Below, piece after piece: positions 39,619-49,805 of a DNA stretch of 64,000 bases; position 1 is the first letter of the stretch, and the number at the start of each line of letters is the position of its first letter. A program made the position numbers and the translations under genes. The stretch is taken from contig CAVUXE010000044.1 of NCBI GenBank assembly GCA_963745235.1, positions 64,001 to 128,000 of the forward strand. Reading direction: 5' to 3'. Source of the DNA: an uncultured Spirochaetota bacterium. Lineage in GTDB: Bacteria; Spirochaetota; Spirochaetia; SZUA-6; Fen-1364. The notes under the pieces were generated by a model. That model worked only from the letters and a program-made list of their open reading frames with translations, had not been told where the DNA came from and made no database searches.

Positions 39619-41137
39619 TCGGCTCCCCCTCGCGGGACACCAGGGTCACCTGCGCGCCAAAGATCCGGCGGAATATATCGCCCTTTTTTTCCAGGGCCCA
39701 GCGCTCAAGCACCAGGTCTCCGTTACGGCCGGCCACGATCTCGATCCGCCCTTCCCGGTGCCTGACCTCGACTCTCTGGATCTTCTCCCGGTGCTCCTTG
39801 TCCAGTGCATCGGCGATCCGCAGGATGGCCGCAAGACGCCTGACCCGCTCCCGGTCAGCGCTGGAAAGGAGGGCAAACTCCGGATGGCCGAGGCTGGGGG
39901 CGCTCTTTCTGTGGTAGCGCGCGATGTTCGCTACGAGAAACATCTCCCTCGGGCTGAAACCGCTCAGCTCCGAACGGGAAATGAGGTACAGGGAATGCTT
40001 GTGATGTCCCTTGAGGCTGACGAAGTCCCCGATATCGTGCAGGACCGCGGCGGCAAGGAGGAGGCGCCTGTCCCGGCCGCTGAGACCGTGAAGGGAAGCG
40101 AGCTGATCGAAGAGCTGGCCGGCAAGGCGAGCCACGTGCACGGAGTGGGCCTCGTCAAAGGAGTATTTCCTGCCCAGGGCGGCAGCTTCCTCGATGGTGC
40201 TGTCCTCGCTGGCCGGTCTGCGGGCGGCAAGCTTGTCCGCAAGGTCGAACACGATCCCTTCACGGATCCCGCCACCGGGCACGAGGACCTCCGCCGCCCC
40301 GAACTGCTCAGCCAGGTAGCCGTAGACCACGGCGGCGGGAACAATCACGTCCGCCCGGTCCGGTCTCAGGTCGAAGGTGCGCATCCGCTCTTCCACCTTC
40401 ATGCGGGACAGTTTCTGCGCCGTGGCGCGCAGCGCGGCAACGGAGATTCGGGGGGTATCAGATCCTTCCGCGGAGCGTGAGGCCAGCCGGGCAAGGACCT
40501 CGATATTCCCTCCCGTCGCGATGAACCCGCGCGGAGAGGCGACGCGGGCTTTCTGCGACAGGCGGATGGTTGCGACATACTCGGAGAGAAGCTCCAGGAA
40601 GTCCGGAGTCTCCTTTCCATCCGGGGCAAACAGCTCCAGGAGCCGAACCGCTCCCATGGCGTGGGCCTCGCACCAGAGGATCCTGGCGGAGGTGGCAAGG
40701 GCAACCTCGACGCTGCCCCCGCCGAGCTCCACCATGATCCACTGGTCCGCGCCCAGCAGGATCCGCCTGGTCACCGCAAGGTGGACAAGGCGGATCTCCT
40801 CCGACCCCGAGATGATCTCCAGGGAGATTCCCGTGCGCCGTTTCACCGCGCGCGCGAACTCCCTGCGGTTGGGGCTCTCCCGGATCGCACTGGTGGCCAC
40901 CGCCCGATACTTCTGGATCCCCAGGTCCTTCATCTGGGTCGAAACGCCCTCCAGCCCATCCAGGGCCGCTGCTGAGTCTTCGGGGCTGATACGACCGGCG
41001 GAAAAGACTCCGTGGCCGAAGCGAACGGGGAACCGTGCTTCGGCCAGAACGCGGGAGACCGTGTCCCCCTCCATTTCGACGGCATAAAAACGGATCGCGT
41101 TGGTGCCCAGGTCAATGGAAGCGACCCGTCGGGGCAT
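39611..41137 (-). CDS. ppx: Exopolyphosphatase Ppx/GppA with HD domain
   Basis: IDLGTNAIR, ATSAIRE, ELGGGSVE, RADVI, LHDIG, IARYHR. Confidence 0.93.
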   Translation of the reverse strand: MPRRVASIDLGTNAIRFYAVEMEGDTVSRVLAEARFPVRFGHGVFSAGRISPEDSAAALDGLEGVSTQMKDLGIQKYRAVATSAIRESPNRREFARAVKRRTGISLEIISGSEEIRLVHLAVTRRILLGADQWIMVELGGGSVEVALATSARILWCEAHAMGAVRLLELFAPDGKETPDFLELLSEYVATIRLSQKARVASPRGFIATGGNIEVLARLASRSAEGSDTPRISVAALRATAQKLSRMKVEERMRTFDLRPDRADVIVPAAVVYGYLAEQFGAAEVLVPGGGIREGIVFDLADKLAARRPASEDSTIEEAAALGRKYSFDEAHSVHVARLAGQLFDQLASLHGLSGRDRRLLLAAAVLHDIGDFVSLKGHHKHSLYLISRSELSGFSPREMFLVANIARYHRKSAPSLGHPEFALLSSADRERVRRLAAILRIADALDKEHREKIQRVEVRHREGRIEIVAGRNGDLVLERWALEKKGDIFRRIFGAQVTLVSREGEPNA

Positions 41138-41141
41138 GGGG

Positions 41142-41801
41142 CTATTGCTCCTCTGCCATGTGGTGCTTGATCACCCTGCCCTCCGTCATATAGATCACAT
41201 CCTCACCGATATTTGTAGACAGGTCAGCAATCCTTTCCAGGTTCCCCGCAATCTTCAAAATACAGAGGCTCCGCTCGATTGTGAAGGGGTCCCTGGTCAT
41301 GGACGCGCTCACACGCTCCAGGATGTCGGTGGCAAGCTGGTCCACGCTCTCGTCTGCCTCACAGACCTCTTTTCCCAGCTGTGCGTTCGCCTCCATGAAG
41401 CTCCGCACCGCGTTGTCCACCATCGTGAGAGTCTCCCCGAAGAGCTTCAGGAGGTCTTCGTCGGGATGGCTGGTGGAAAGCCCGATGCACTCGAGGGCTG
41501 CCTCCGCAATGTTGACGGCGTGGTCGGCCATGCGCTCCAGGTCGTTCGTCATGCTCCTCACCATGAGAATGGTCCGCAGCTCCTTCGCCATGGGCTGGTG
41601 CTGCGCAATGAGCGAGGTGCACTCTTCCTCCAGCTCGACCTCGAACTCGTTGGCGCGCGGTTCTGACTTCTGCACCACCTCGTTCAGCGCCTCCGGTATC
41701 CGCTTGAGAAGGGATGCCCGGCATTGCTCGATCATGTCTTCCACGAGCCGGGCATAGGCCACCACGCGGGCCTTCAGGTCTTCGATCTGCGGTATGGGCA
41801 T
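41142..41801 (-). CDS. phoU: Phosphate signalling complex protein PhoU
   Basis: QPMAKELR, DLERMADHAVNIA, LERIADLSTNIGE. Confidence 0.95.
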   Translation of the reverse strand: MPIPQIEDLKARVVAYARLVEDMIEQCRASLLKRIPEALNEVVQKSEPRANEFEVELEEECTSLIAQHQPMAKELRTILMVRSMTNDLERMADHAVNIAEAALECIGLSTSHPDEDLLKLFGETLTMVDNAVRSFMEANAQLGKEVCEADESVDQLATDILERVSASMTRDPFTIERSLCILKIAGNLERIADLSTNIGEDVIYMTEGRVIKHHMAEEQ

Positions 41802-41809
41802 GGCAACTC

Positions 41810-42590
41810 CTACCCGAATTTCCCCGAGAGGTATTCCTCGGTCCTCTTGTCCTTGGGGACGGTGAACAGCTTGTTCGTCGGCCCGAACTCCACCAGCTCT
41901 CCCAGGTGAATGAACGCCGTGTAATCCGAGATTCGCGCCGCCTGCGGGATGTTGTGGGTGACCTGGACAATCGTGACGGACCCCTTGAGAGTCACGATCA
42001 GCTCTTCGATGGCCGCCGTTGCCTTGGGGTCCAGCGCGGAGGTAGGCTCATCCAGGAGAAGGATCTCAGGCTTCATTGCCGAGGGCTCGCGCAATGCACA
42101 GCCTCTGCTGCTGGCCGCCGGAGAGGAAGGTGCCGCGTCTGTGAATTGCGTCCTTCACCTCGTCCCAGAGCGTCACGCGCAGCAGGGTCTCCTCGACGAT
42201 CTGGTCGCGCTCCGCCCTGTCCATGCGAGTCCCGTTGAGTGCGTACCCGGCAAGAACGTTGTTGTAGATGCTCATCGTTGGAAACGGGTTCGGTCGCTGA
42301 AAGACCATGCCAATCCGTCGTCGCACGAGTATGGGGTTGAGGTGGTAGATATCCTCCCCGTCAAGGAGCACCTCCCCGTGAACGAAGGCGTTGGGAGCCA
42401 GCTCGTGCATCCGGTTGATGCACCGCATGAACGTGGTCTTTCCGCAGCCCGAGGGTCCCATGATTGCCGTAACGCGCTGCTCGGGAACGGCAAGAGAGAT
42501 GGCTTTCACGACGTCCTTGCCATCGAATCCGGCCGTGAGAGCCTGGGTTTCCAGGATGATCTTTTCCGTTGTCAGAACTGAATCTTCCAT
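41810..42590 (-). CDS. pstB: Phosphate ABC transporter ATP-binding protein; frameshift near 42080
   Basis: [35 protein letters not shown] then [27 protein letters not shown] in the next frame. Confidence 0.93.
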
Positions 42591-43492
42591 CTTGCTGTCA
42601 CCAACCGTGTCACGATATTCAGGGCAAGCACGAGGACAAGGAGAACGAAGGACGCCCCCCAGGCCAGCGACTGCCACTGGGGGTACGGGCTTATCGCGTA
42701 GTAGAAAATCGTCTGGGGGAGCGAGGCCATGGGCTTGAAAATGCCGTACACCATGTACGGGCTCCCGAAGGCTGTAAAGAGAAGCGGGGCCGTCTCACCG
42801 GCGGCTCGTGACACGCCGAGGAGGACGCCGGTGAGGATGCCGCTCGTCCCCGCCGGGAGGATGACTTTGAGGACCGTTCGTGGGTATGAGACACCGAGTG
42901 CGAGGGCTGCTTCCCGAAGGCTCATGGGGATCAGGAGCAGCGTCTCCTCCGTCGCGAGGGTGATCACGGGCAGCATGATCATTGCAAGGGCCACCCCACC
43001 GGAAAAAGCGGAGAAATGGCCCATCGGCCTGACCACCCAGACGTAGGCCACGATGCCGATCACTATGGAAGGGATGCCCATCAGGGTCTCCACGGAGATC
43101 CGTGAGATCTTTCCCACGCCGCTCTTCCCGCTTTCCGACAGGAAGATGCCGGCGATCACCCCGAGGGGGATCGAGACAACAGACGCGACGACGATCAGGA
43201 TCATCGTGCCAACAATGGCGTTGGAGATTCCTCCCCCGGTTTCCCCCATCGGTTTCGGCAACTCGGTAAGGAACTGCCAGTTGATCGAGGAAGCGCCCCG
43301 AATGATGACAAAGGCGAGGATGAGAATCAGGGGAACCACCGCAACGAGGGACAGGGCAAGCACCCCGCCCTTGAAAGCCATGTCCCGGCGCAACCTGTTG
43401 CGGACTTCGGAGTCCGGCCCGCCAACCGTGCTGCTCTTCCCCCGCGGCTCGGGCGTCCTCCTGTTTTCGGAGATTCTTGCGAGGTTGTCCAT
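42572..43492 (-). CDS. pstA: Phosphate ABC transporter permease PstA
   Basis: [37 protein letters not shown]. Confidence 0.95.
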   Translation of the reverse strand: MDNLARISENRRTPEPRGKSSTVGGPDSEVRNRLRRDMAFKGGVLALSLVAVVPLILILAFVIIRGASSINWQFLTELPKPMGETGGGISNAIVGTMILIVVASVVSIPLGVIAGIFLSESGKSGVGKISRISVETLMGIPSIVIGIVAYVWVVRPMGHFSAFSGGVALAMIMLPVITLATEETLLLIPMSLREAALALGVSYPRTVLKVILPAGTSGILTGVLLGVSRAAGETAPLLFTAFGSPYMVYGIFKPMASLPQTIFYYAISPYPQWQSLAWGASFVLLVLVLALNIVTRLVTARWKIQF

Positions 43493-43493
43493 G

Positions 43494-44381
43494 TCAGGCA
43501 GGTCCCGCCATCCGATTGATGACGATCTTCCCCAGGATATTGATGGTTGTGCTGATCACAAAAAGGAGGAGGCCGATCTCAATGAGGCTTGCGAGGTAGA
43601 CATTGCCCGTAGCCTCCGTAAACTCGTTTGCGATGACGCTCGCCATTGTGTTGCCGGGCGAAAGAATATTGGCCGTAATGATATTCGAGTTTCCGATTAC
43701 CATGGTGATGGCCATTGTCTCCCCAAGTGCCCGACCCAACGAGAGAAAAACTCCGCCGAGGATTCCTGACCGGGCGTACGGGATCGATACCCTCCATATG
43801 GTCTCGGACGGTGTTGCTCCCAGGGAAAAGGCGGCTTCTTTCAGGTCCGTGGGAACGAGGTTGATCACCTCCCTGCCGATCGACGCGGAGTACGGGAGCA
43901 CCATGAAAGCCAGGAGAATGGAGGCAGTGAGGATCCCGACCCCGAAAGGGGGCACCCCGAGAGCCAGCTGGATCACCCTGATGACCGGGACAAGGAAGAA
44001 GAGCCCGATGAAACCGTAGACGATGGAGGGGATTCCCGCCAGGAGCTCGACGGCGGTCCGCATCAAGGACGCAAAAACACCGGTGCGGAAATATTCCCCC
44101 ATGAGAATGGAGAGAGCCAGGGAGAGAACCGTCGATATCACAAGAGCTATGAGTGACGTTACAAGAGTTCCGAAAACGAAGGGAAGGGCATGGAAGCTGC
44201 TTGTGACGGGATCCCACTCGGAGCCGGTCAGGAACTGAAACCCGTTATGGACAAGAGCCGGGCGGGAGGACAGAACGAGGGTCAGGAAAATCGCAATGAG
44301 CAGGACGCTCACCACGATCCCTCCGAGAAACAGGAGGGACCTGAATGCGGAGTCAGATGCCCGTGCGTTCTTCATCCTCAC
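43494..44381 (-). CDS. pstC: Phosphate ABC transporter permease PstC
   Basis: WDP, ELLAGIPSIVYG, LGRALGETMA, IANEF. Confidence 0.95.
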   Translation of the reverse strand: MRMKNARASDSAFRSLLFLGGIVVSVLLIAIFLTLVLSSRPALVHNGFQFLTGSEWDPVTSSFHALPFVFGTLVTSLIALVISTVLSLALSILMGEYFRTGVFASLMRTAVELLAGIPSIVYGFIGLFFLVPVIRVIQLALGVPPFGVGILTASILLAFMVLPYSASIGREVINLVPTDLKEAAFSLGATPSETIWRVSIPYARSGILGGVFLSLGRALGETMAITMVIGNSNIITANILSPGNTMASVIANEFTEATGNVYLASLIEIGLLLFVISTTINILGKIVINRMAGPA

Positions 44382-44410
44382 CGCCCATGGCTCTCAGTCC
44401 TTGGGGATTC

Positions 44411-45460
44411 CTACATTCCACTCAGGAGCGGCTGGCCGTCCCAGGTGATCGATTTCAGGATTTCCTCCGCCTTCTTGACAACCGTCGCCGGCAGCACCGC
44501 GTAAGACAGCGGCTCGGCGTATTTCTGCCCGTCATGGGTCATCCACCAGATCATTTTCAGAAGCGCCTCGCATTTCGCCTTGTCATGGTTGCCGTAATTC
44601 TGCTCTTTGTAAAGAAGCAGCCACGTGAAAGAAGCGATCGGATATCCTTCGGGCGCATCGCTGTTGGTGGTGCTGAGCTTGGTCACGTCCTCAGGGACTT
44701 TTACGTTCGCCGCCGTGGTCGTGGTTGCCAATGTGGCCTTGATCCAGTTGCCGCTCTTGTTCTTGATCAGGGCGTACTGCATCTGGTTCTGCAGGGCATA
44801 AATCAGCTCAACATATCCTACCGCGCCGGGAAGCTGTCTCACGAGACCTGCCACGCCTTCGTTACCCTTGGCTCCCACGCCGGTGGGCCACTGCACTGAG
44901 GTGTACGAGCCGACCGTCGTCTTCCAGTTCTCGGAGATCTTCGAGAGGTAGTCGGTAAACACGCCGGTCGTTCCGCTGCCGTCAGAGCGGTGCACGACGG
45001 TGATATTCATGTTCGGAAGCTTCACGCCGGGATTCGTCTCGGCGATTCGCGGGTCGCTCCATTTCTTTATCTTTCCGAGGTAGATGTCAGCGACGACGTC
45101 GGGAAGCAGCTTCAGCTCGGGATTGCCGGGAAGATTTGACGAGATGACAACCGCGCCCGCGACCATTGGGATGTGCACGAGCTGCGCCGGGGCGCTCGCG
45201 AGATCCTTTGCCGTCATGATGACGTCAGATGCGCCAAAATCCACCGTCCTGTTCTTGATCTGGGTCTGCCCGCCGCCGGAGCCGATGGACTGGTAGTTCA
45301 CCTTGACCCCGAACTCCTTGGAGTACTGGTCGAACATTTTGGAGTAGAGCGGGGCGGGAAACGTGGCGCCCGCTCCGAGGAACTCGTATGACTGGGCGAA
45401 GCCGATCCCACCGAAGCAGACGGTCAGCGCCGCGGCCAAAAGAAGCCTTGATACCTTCAC
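44411..45460 (-). CDS. pstS: Phosphate ABC transporter substrate-binding protein PstS
   Basis: GAGATFPAPLY, YQSIGSGGG, DFGASD, HRSDGSGTT, GAKGNEGV. Confidence 0.96.
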   Translation of the reverse strand: MKVSRLLLAAALTVCFGGIGFAQSYEFLGAGATFPAPLYSKMFDQYSKEFGVKVNYQSIGSGGGQTQIKNRTVDFGASDVIMTAKDLASAPAQLVHIPMVAGAVVISSNLPGNPELKLLPDVVADIYLGKIKKWSDPRIAETNPGVKLPNMNITVVHRSDGSGTTGVFTDYLSKISENWKTTVGSYTSVQWPTGVGAKGNEGVAGLVRQLPGAVGYVELIYALQNQMQYALIKNKSGNWIKATLATTTTAANVKVPEDVTKLSTTNSDAPEGYPIASFTWLLLYKEQNYGNHDKAKCEALLKMIWWMTHDGQKYAEPLSYAVLPATVVKKAEEILKSITWDGQPLLSGM

Positions 45461-45529
45461 GGGGACTCCTCCTTCAAATGTAGCAATACTTCGCCCCTTC
45501 TCGGGGCATGACCAATCTCACTGGCCGCT

Positions 45530-45567
45530 GTTAGTGAGCAGTGAAGGTAGTGTTAATTTTCCGTTAA
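45530..45567 (-). promoter_or_regulatory. Pho box upstream of pstS
   Basis: Minus strand TTAAC-N6-TTAAC-N6-TTCAC-N6-CTAAC; the 11-bp period is typical of PhoB/PhoP sites; lies between phoR and pstS. Confidence 0.8.
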
Positions 45568-45625
45568 TTCTGGGGAGGGGCGCCTTGCGCACGTCCTTGT
45601 GCTCGGCGCCCCTCGACGTCCCTGT

Positions 45626-47377
45626 CTAGGGGGCGCGTCGGCGCCCCTCTTCCAGGGGCAGCCGCATGATGAAGCGCGTCCCGCGGCCCGGGACGCTTTC
45701 CACGCTCACCGTCCCTCCGTGGCTCTGCACGATGTGCTTCACGATCGAGAGCCCGAGCCCGGTTCCTCCGAGCTTCCGGGAGCGCGACTTGTCTACAACG
45801 TAGAATCGCTCGAAAAGCCGGGGGATGTGCTCTTCCGAAATCCCGATGCCCGTGTCGGAGACCTCGATGCGCATCCACTCCCCCTCCTCCTTGCAGACGC
45901 TCACGCGCACTTCGCCGGTCTCCGTGAACTTCAGGGCGTTGTCCAGGAGATTCACAAGCATCTGCTCCACCAGAAAAAGGTCCGCGGAAATGGGGGGGAG
46001 GGAATCAGGCACGGAGACGTTCAAGGCGAGGCCCTTCGCCTGGGCGCGGTTCGCGAACATTCCCGTGACATCTGCCACGATCCTTCCCAGGGCCACCGGC
46101 TCGCGGGAGCGCTCGACCCCCCGCGCCTCCAACCGGGAGAGAAGAAGGAGGTCCTCAACGATGGCGGACATTCGCTCCGCGTTGCGGCGAATGGCATCCA
46201 CCCACCGCTCGGAGTCCCCGGAAAGCTGTCCCTCCAGCATTTCCAGGGATCCCCGGATGGACGTGAGGGGGGTGCGAAGCTCATGGGAAGCGTTGACAAC
46301 GAAGTCCCGTTTGACGGTCTCCAGGCGCCTGATGTCGCTCGTGTCATGAAGGACAACGATCAGCTCCTCCCGCCCCGGCATGCGCTGCACGGTGCACAGC
46401 AGCCAGCTCTCTCCGCTGGAAACCTCCTCCGACCTGCGCTCTCCGGTGGACCGTGCTTCCTGCACCAGCTCGATGAGCCGCGGCGCGCGCACGAGCTCCC
46501 ACAGCGTCCTTCCCTCCACTTTTCGCGCGCCGACCAGGTCCTCGAACCCCCTGTTGCAGCGCACGACCCGCCCGCTGCGGTCCAGAAGGATGATGCCCTG
46601 CTGAACGGAGGAGAAGATGCCGTCCAGCTCCTGCGCGCGACGTGCGCTGTCCAGGAAGAGCCCCTGGACACGCTCCCCCATCCCGTTGAACGCCTCCGCC
46701 AGCGCGCGGATCTCGTCCCGCCGGCGCAGGTGCAGACGGGCGCCGAAGTCTCCGGAGGCGAACCTCGCGACCGCCCCCGCCAGGTCCCTCAACGGAGAAA
46801 GGATGGACTGGCTGAATCCAAGGGCAAGAAGAAGGCACACGAGCAGGAGGGGCACGGCAAACAAGAGCAGGTTCATGGTCTGACGCGGGGAGGCGGCCTC
46901 CAGCTCCGCTCTCGGACTGCTGGTGCGCACCACGCCGTGGACGCTCCCATTCACGACGACGGGGACAGCGACGTACATGGTCCAGCGCGGCACGGTGCTG
47001 GACAGCCGCAAGGAGATCCCCGTTTCTCCGAGCATTGCGGTGGCAACCTCGGGTCGAAGGGAGTGGTTCTCCATCACGGCGGGGTCCTGTTCGGAGTCGG
47101 CGAGCACCACGCCGCGAGCGTCAATGAGCGTGATCCGCTCTTTCGATTCGCTCGCCATGCGGTGAGTCAGGGAATCCAGGTCCGTGCTCCTGCCCCTCGC
47201 CATGAGTGGTGCAGCTGCCCCGCGGACCGTCAACGCGGCCTGCTCCAGGCCGTGGACAACAGCGTCATACGACATGCTGCGGACAAGGATGAGTGAGAAG
47301 ATGAAGAAAGCTGACACGGCCAGGACGCACAGGAGCGCGAAGCGGACGAAAACCCTGCTCAGGAACAGGTGCCTCAC
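45626..47377 (-). CDS. phoR: Phosphate regulon sensor histidine kinase (HAMP-PAS-HisKA-HATPase)
   Basis: ENHSLRPEV, DFVVNASHELRTPL, NLLDNALKF, DTGIGI, GGTGLGLSIVKH. Confidence 0.9.
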   Translation of the reverse strand: MRHLFLSRVFVRFALLCVLAVSAFFIFSLILVRSMSYDAVVHGLEQAALTVRGAAAPLMARGRSTDLDSLTHRMASESKERITLIDARGVVLADSEQDPAVMENHSLRPEVATAMLGETGISLRLSSTVPRWTMYVAVPVVVNGSVHGVVRTSSPRAELEAASPRQTMNLLLFAVPLLLVCLLLALGFSQSILSPLRDLAGAVARFASGDFGARLHLRRRDEIRALAEAFNGMGERVQGLFLDSARRAQELDGIFSSVQQGIILLDRSGRVVRCNRGFEDLVGARKVEGRTLWELVRAPRLIELVQEARSTGERRSEEVSSGESWLLCTVQRMPGREELIVVLHDTSDIRRLETVKRDFVVNASHELRTPLTSIRGSLEMLEGQLSGDSERWVDAIRRNAERMSAIVEDLLLLSRLEARGVERSREPVALGRIVADVTGMFANRAQAKGLALNVSVPDSLPPISADLFLVEQMLVNLLDNALKFTETGEVRVSVCKEEGEWMRIEVSDTGIGISEEHIPRLFERFYVVDKSRSRKLGGTGLGLSIVKHIVQSHGGTVSVESVPGRGTRFIMRLPLEEGRRRAP

Positions 47378-48078
47378 TGCCCCTCCGCCGCCCGCGTGGA
47401 GGTGACGAGCTTGTAGCCGATGCCGCGGACGTTCACGATCCTTCCCCCGTGGTCGCCGAGCTTGTCCCGCAGGTGCTTCACGTGCACATCGACGGACCTG
47501 TCGGTAACGTTCTTTTCGTTCCCCCAGAGGTAGTCGAGGATCTTCTCACGGGAGAACACCCAGCCGACGCGGGAGGCCAGCAGCTGCAGGATGCGAAACT
47601 CAGCCTGCGTCAGCTCCAGGCGCTGCCCCGCCGCGAAAGCCTCCACGGTGTCCGTGTCGATGACAAGCCCGTCACCCGCGTCGATTCGCGCGCGCGCGGT
47701 CTCCGGCGCCGCCCGGCGCAGGACGGCTTTCACCCGTGCGGCAAGCTCCTTGGGGGAAAAGGGCTTCACGACGTAGTCATCCGCACCTAGCTCCAGCCCC
47801 AGGATCCGGTCTGCTTCCTCCGCTCGCGCCGTCAGGATGATGACCGGGATCGAGGAAAGGCTCCGATCCGCGCGGATGCGCCGGCAGATTTCGAATCCGT
47901 CCGTGTCGGGAAGCATCACGTCCAGGACGACGAGGTCCGGTCTGTCGGCGGCCAGGGACGCGAGGAATCCCTTCCCGTCCGGATGCTCCCGCACGCGGAA
48001 GCGTTCCTTCTTCAGGGCAGCGGTGACGAGCGCTCGAATGTCGTCTTCGTCTTCTACAACCGCCACGAGCTCATTCAT
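47374..48078 (-). CDS. phoB: OmpR/PhoB-family response regulator
   Basis: VEDE, LDVMLP, GADDYVVKPF, RSVDVHVKHLR, VRGIGY; adjacent to phoR and pst genes. Confidence 0.88.
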   Translation of the reverse strand: MNELVAVVEDEDDIRALVTAALKKERFRVREHPDGKGFLASLAADRPDLVVLDVMLPDTDGFEICRRIRADRSLSSIPVIILTARAEEADRILGLELGADDYVVKPFSPKELAARVKAVLRRAAPETARARIDAGDGLVIDTDTVEAFAAGQRLELTQAEFRILQLLASRVGWVFSREKILDYLWGNEKNVTDRSVDVHVKHLRDKLGDHGGRIVNVRGIGYKLVTSTRAAEGQ

Positions 48079-48129
48079 TACACAGGAATGTAGAGCAAAC
48101 GGAGTCGTTCTGCAATCTCGGACCGGGTT

Positions 48130-49221
48130 TCACAGGACACGGGAGAAGCCAGGCGCCCTTCGAAGTACCCGCGTGACCGCCCAGGGCAGGCAGACCGCGC
48201 AAACAGAAAGCGTTGTCCACTTGATGCCGGGATGGATGGCGAGACCCTTCATGGCCAGCGCGAGCAGGACTACGACGAAAGCGTGCAGGAGGTAGATGCC
48301 GTAGGCTGACTCGCTGAAAGACTCTCCGACCCCCGGCACCACCCATCGGGCCCGGGAAAAAAAACCCAGCGTCACGATGAAAAGTGACGTTCCCGTTCCA
48401 GCCTCCCAAAGGGCAAACGCCCCGCTTTGCCATGTCAGGCCTCCGAGGAATGGAGCCGTGTCGCGGAGCCCGCCCCCCGCAATCCCGAGCACGGGAAAGA
48501 GCACGAGGCCCAGACCGGCCGCGAGACACCAGAAGCCGATGGGGATGGAGGGGACGGCCTCCAGCCATTGTTCCCTGCCCGCCTTGATGCCGGCCGCGAA
48601 GAGAATGATGTACATGGGAAAAAAGCCCGGCTGAAGGTTGGAAACCTCGCTCCCGATCGGGAAGGGAATGCGAACCAGGAAACCCAGCGCCGCCGCTGCC
48701 AGGATGTACACAAGGATGCCGCGCCGGCCGGGCAGGCCTTTCGGCAGTCCCGTGCGCAGACCGCGCGGGAGCACGAGCGTCCCCCCAACGTAAACGAGCG
48801 TGAACACGTACAGAGCTTCCAGGAACCAGAGGGGGCCGGAGCCGAACACCGGCCCCGGCGGGATTGCCGCGCCGTTGCCCCAGGAAGCAGCGGCTTTCAC
48901 GAGGAACGGGTTGGCAAGAAAGAAGAAGACGGCCAGGGGGATGAGAAGACGGATCGCTCTCTCTTTGAGGAGGTCCCAAACGCCCCTGCGCGCAAGGGAG
49001 CCGGGCAGGAAGAATGCGGAGAGAAAGAAAAACGCGCCCACGGCAAATGACTGCGCAACCGCGCCAACGTATGTTCCGAGAACCTTCAGCCAGGGCACAT
49101 CGTGCGGCTCCGTATAATACCAGGACCCTGATGCCCCGTACGTTATGCCGGTGTGGATGAGAACAATGAGGACGACGAGGAAGCCCCGATACCGTGAGAC
49201 GAACAGGATCTTCCGCTCCAC
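48130..49221 (-). CDS. Acyltransferase-3 family membrane protein
   Basis: RGFLVVLIVLIHT, FFFLSAFF, RAIRLLIP, GPLWF, AYGIYLLH; start uncertain (49221 or 49251). Confidence 0.85.
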   Translation of the reverse strand: MERKILFVSRYRGFLVVLIVLIHTGITYGASGSWYYTEPHDVPWLKVLGTYVGAVAQSFAVGAFFFLSAFFLPGSLARRGVWDLLKERAIRLLIPLAVFFFLANPFLVKAAASWGNGAAIPPGPVFGSGPLWFLEALYVFTLVYVGGTLVLPRGLRTGLPKGLPGRRGILVYILAAAALGFLVRIPFPIGSEVSNLQPGFFPMYIILFAAGIKAGREQWLEAVPSIPIGFWCLAAGLGLVLFPVLGIAGGGLRDTAPFLGGLTWQSGAFALWEAGTGTSLFIVTLGFFSRARWVVPGVGESFSESAYGIYLLHAFVVVLLALAMKGLAIHPGIKWTTLSVCAVCLPWAVTRVLRRAPGFSRVL

Positions 49222-49226
49222 GGAGG

Positions 49227-49805
49227 CTACCGGGAGGCGAGCTCCGCCCACCGGAAGCAGCTCACGAGGTGGTCGTTGATCACGCCGACCGCCTGCAGGT
49301 GGGAGTAGATGATGGTGGAGCCGACGAAGGAGAAACCGCGCGCCTTGAGGTCCTTCGACAGCTTGTCAGAGAGCTCGCTGGTCGGCGGAATCTCGGACAT
49401 GGCCTGCCAGTGGTTCACAACCGGCTTGCCCTCGGTCCATCGCCACAGGTAGGCGTCGAATGTGCCGAACTCTTTCTGGACCTCGAGGAACCTGCGGGCG
49501 TTGTTGATGGAAGATTCGATCTTGGCCTTGTTGCGGACGATGCCTGCGTCAGCCAGGAGTCTTTCCCTGTCCCGCTTCCCAAAGCGCGCAATCCGCACGG
49601 GATCGAACCCGCGGTACGCTCGGCGGTACGCGTCGCGCTTGCGCAGCACGGTGAGCCATGACAGGCCTGCCTGCGCTGCTTCCAGCACCAGGAACTCGAA
49701 ATGCCGGGCATCCTCATGGACAGGCACGCCCCACTCCTCGTCGTGGTAATGCGTCATGGCCTCGTCGGTGGCCGCCCATCCGCAGCGTGCGCGCGTGGAG
49801 TTCAT
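49227..49805 (-). CDS. tag: DNA-3-methyladenine glycosylase I
   Basis: RCGWA, YHDEEWG, LEAAQAGLSW, IVRNKAKI, GFSFVG, NDHLVSC. Confidence 0.95.
   Translation of the reverse strand: MNSTRARCGWAATDEAMTHYHDEEWGVPVHEDARHFEFLVLEAAQAGLSWLTVLRKRDAYRRAYRGFDPVRIARFGKRDRERLLADAGIVRNKAKIESSINNARRFLEVQKEFGTFDAYLWRWTEGKPVVNHWQAMSEIPPTSELSDKLSKDLKARGFSFVGSTIIYSHLQAVGVINDHLVSCFRWAELASR

Noticed and set aside
42066-42094. Programmed frameshift in pstB
   Set aside because: No slippery heptamer; one extra G like the other errors in the window.
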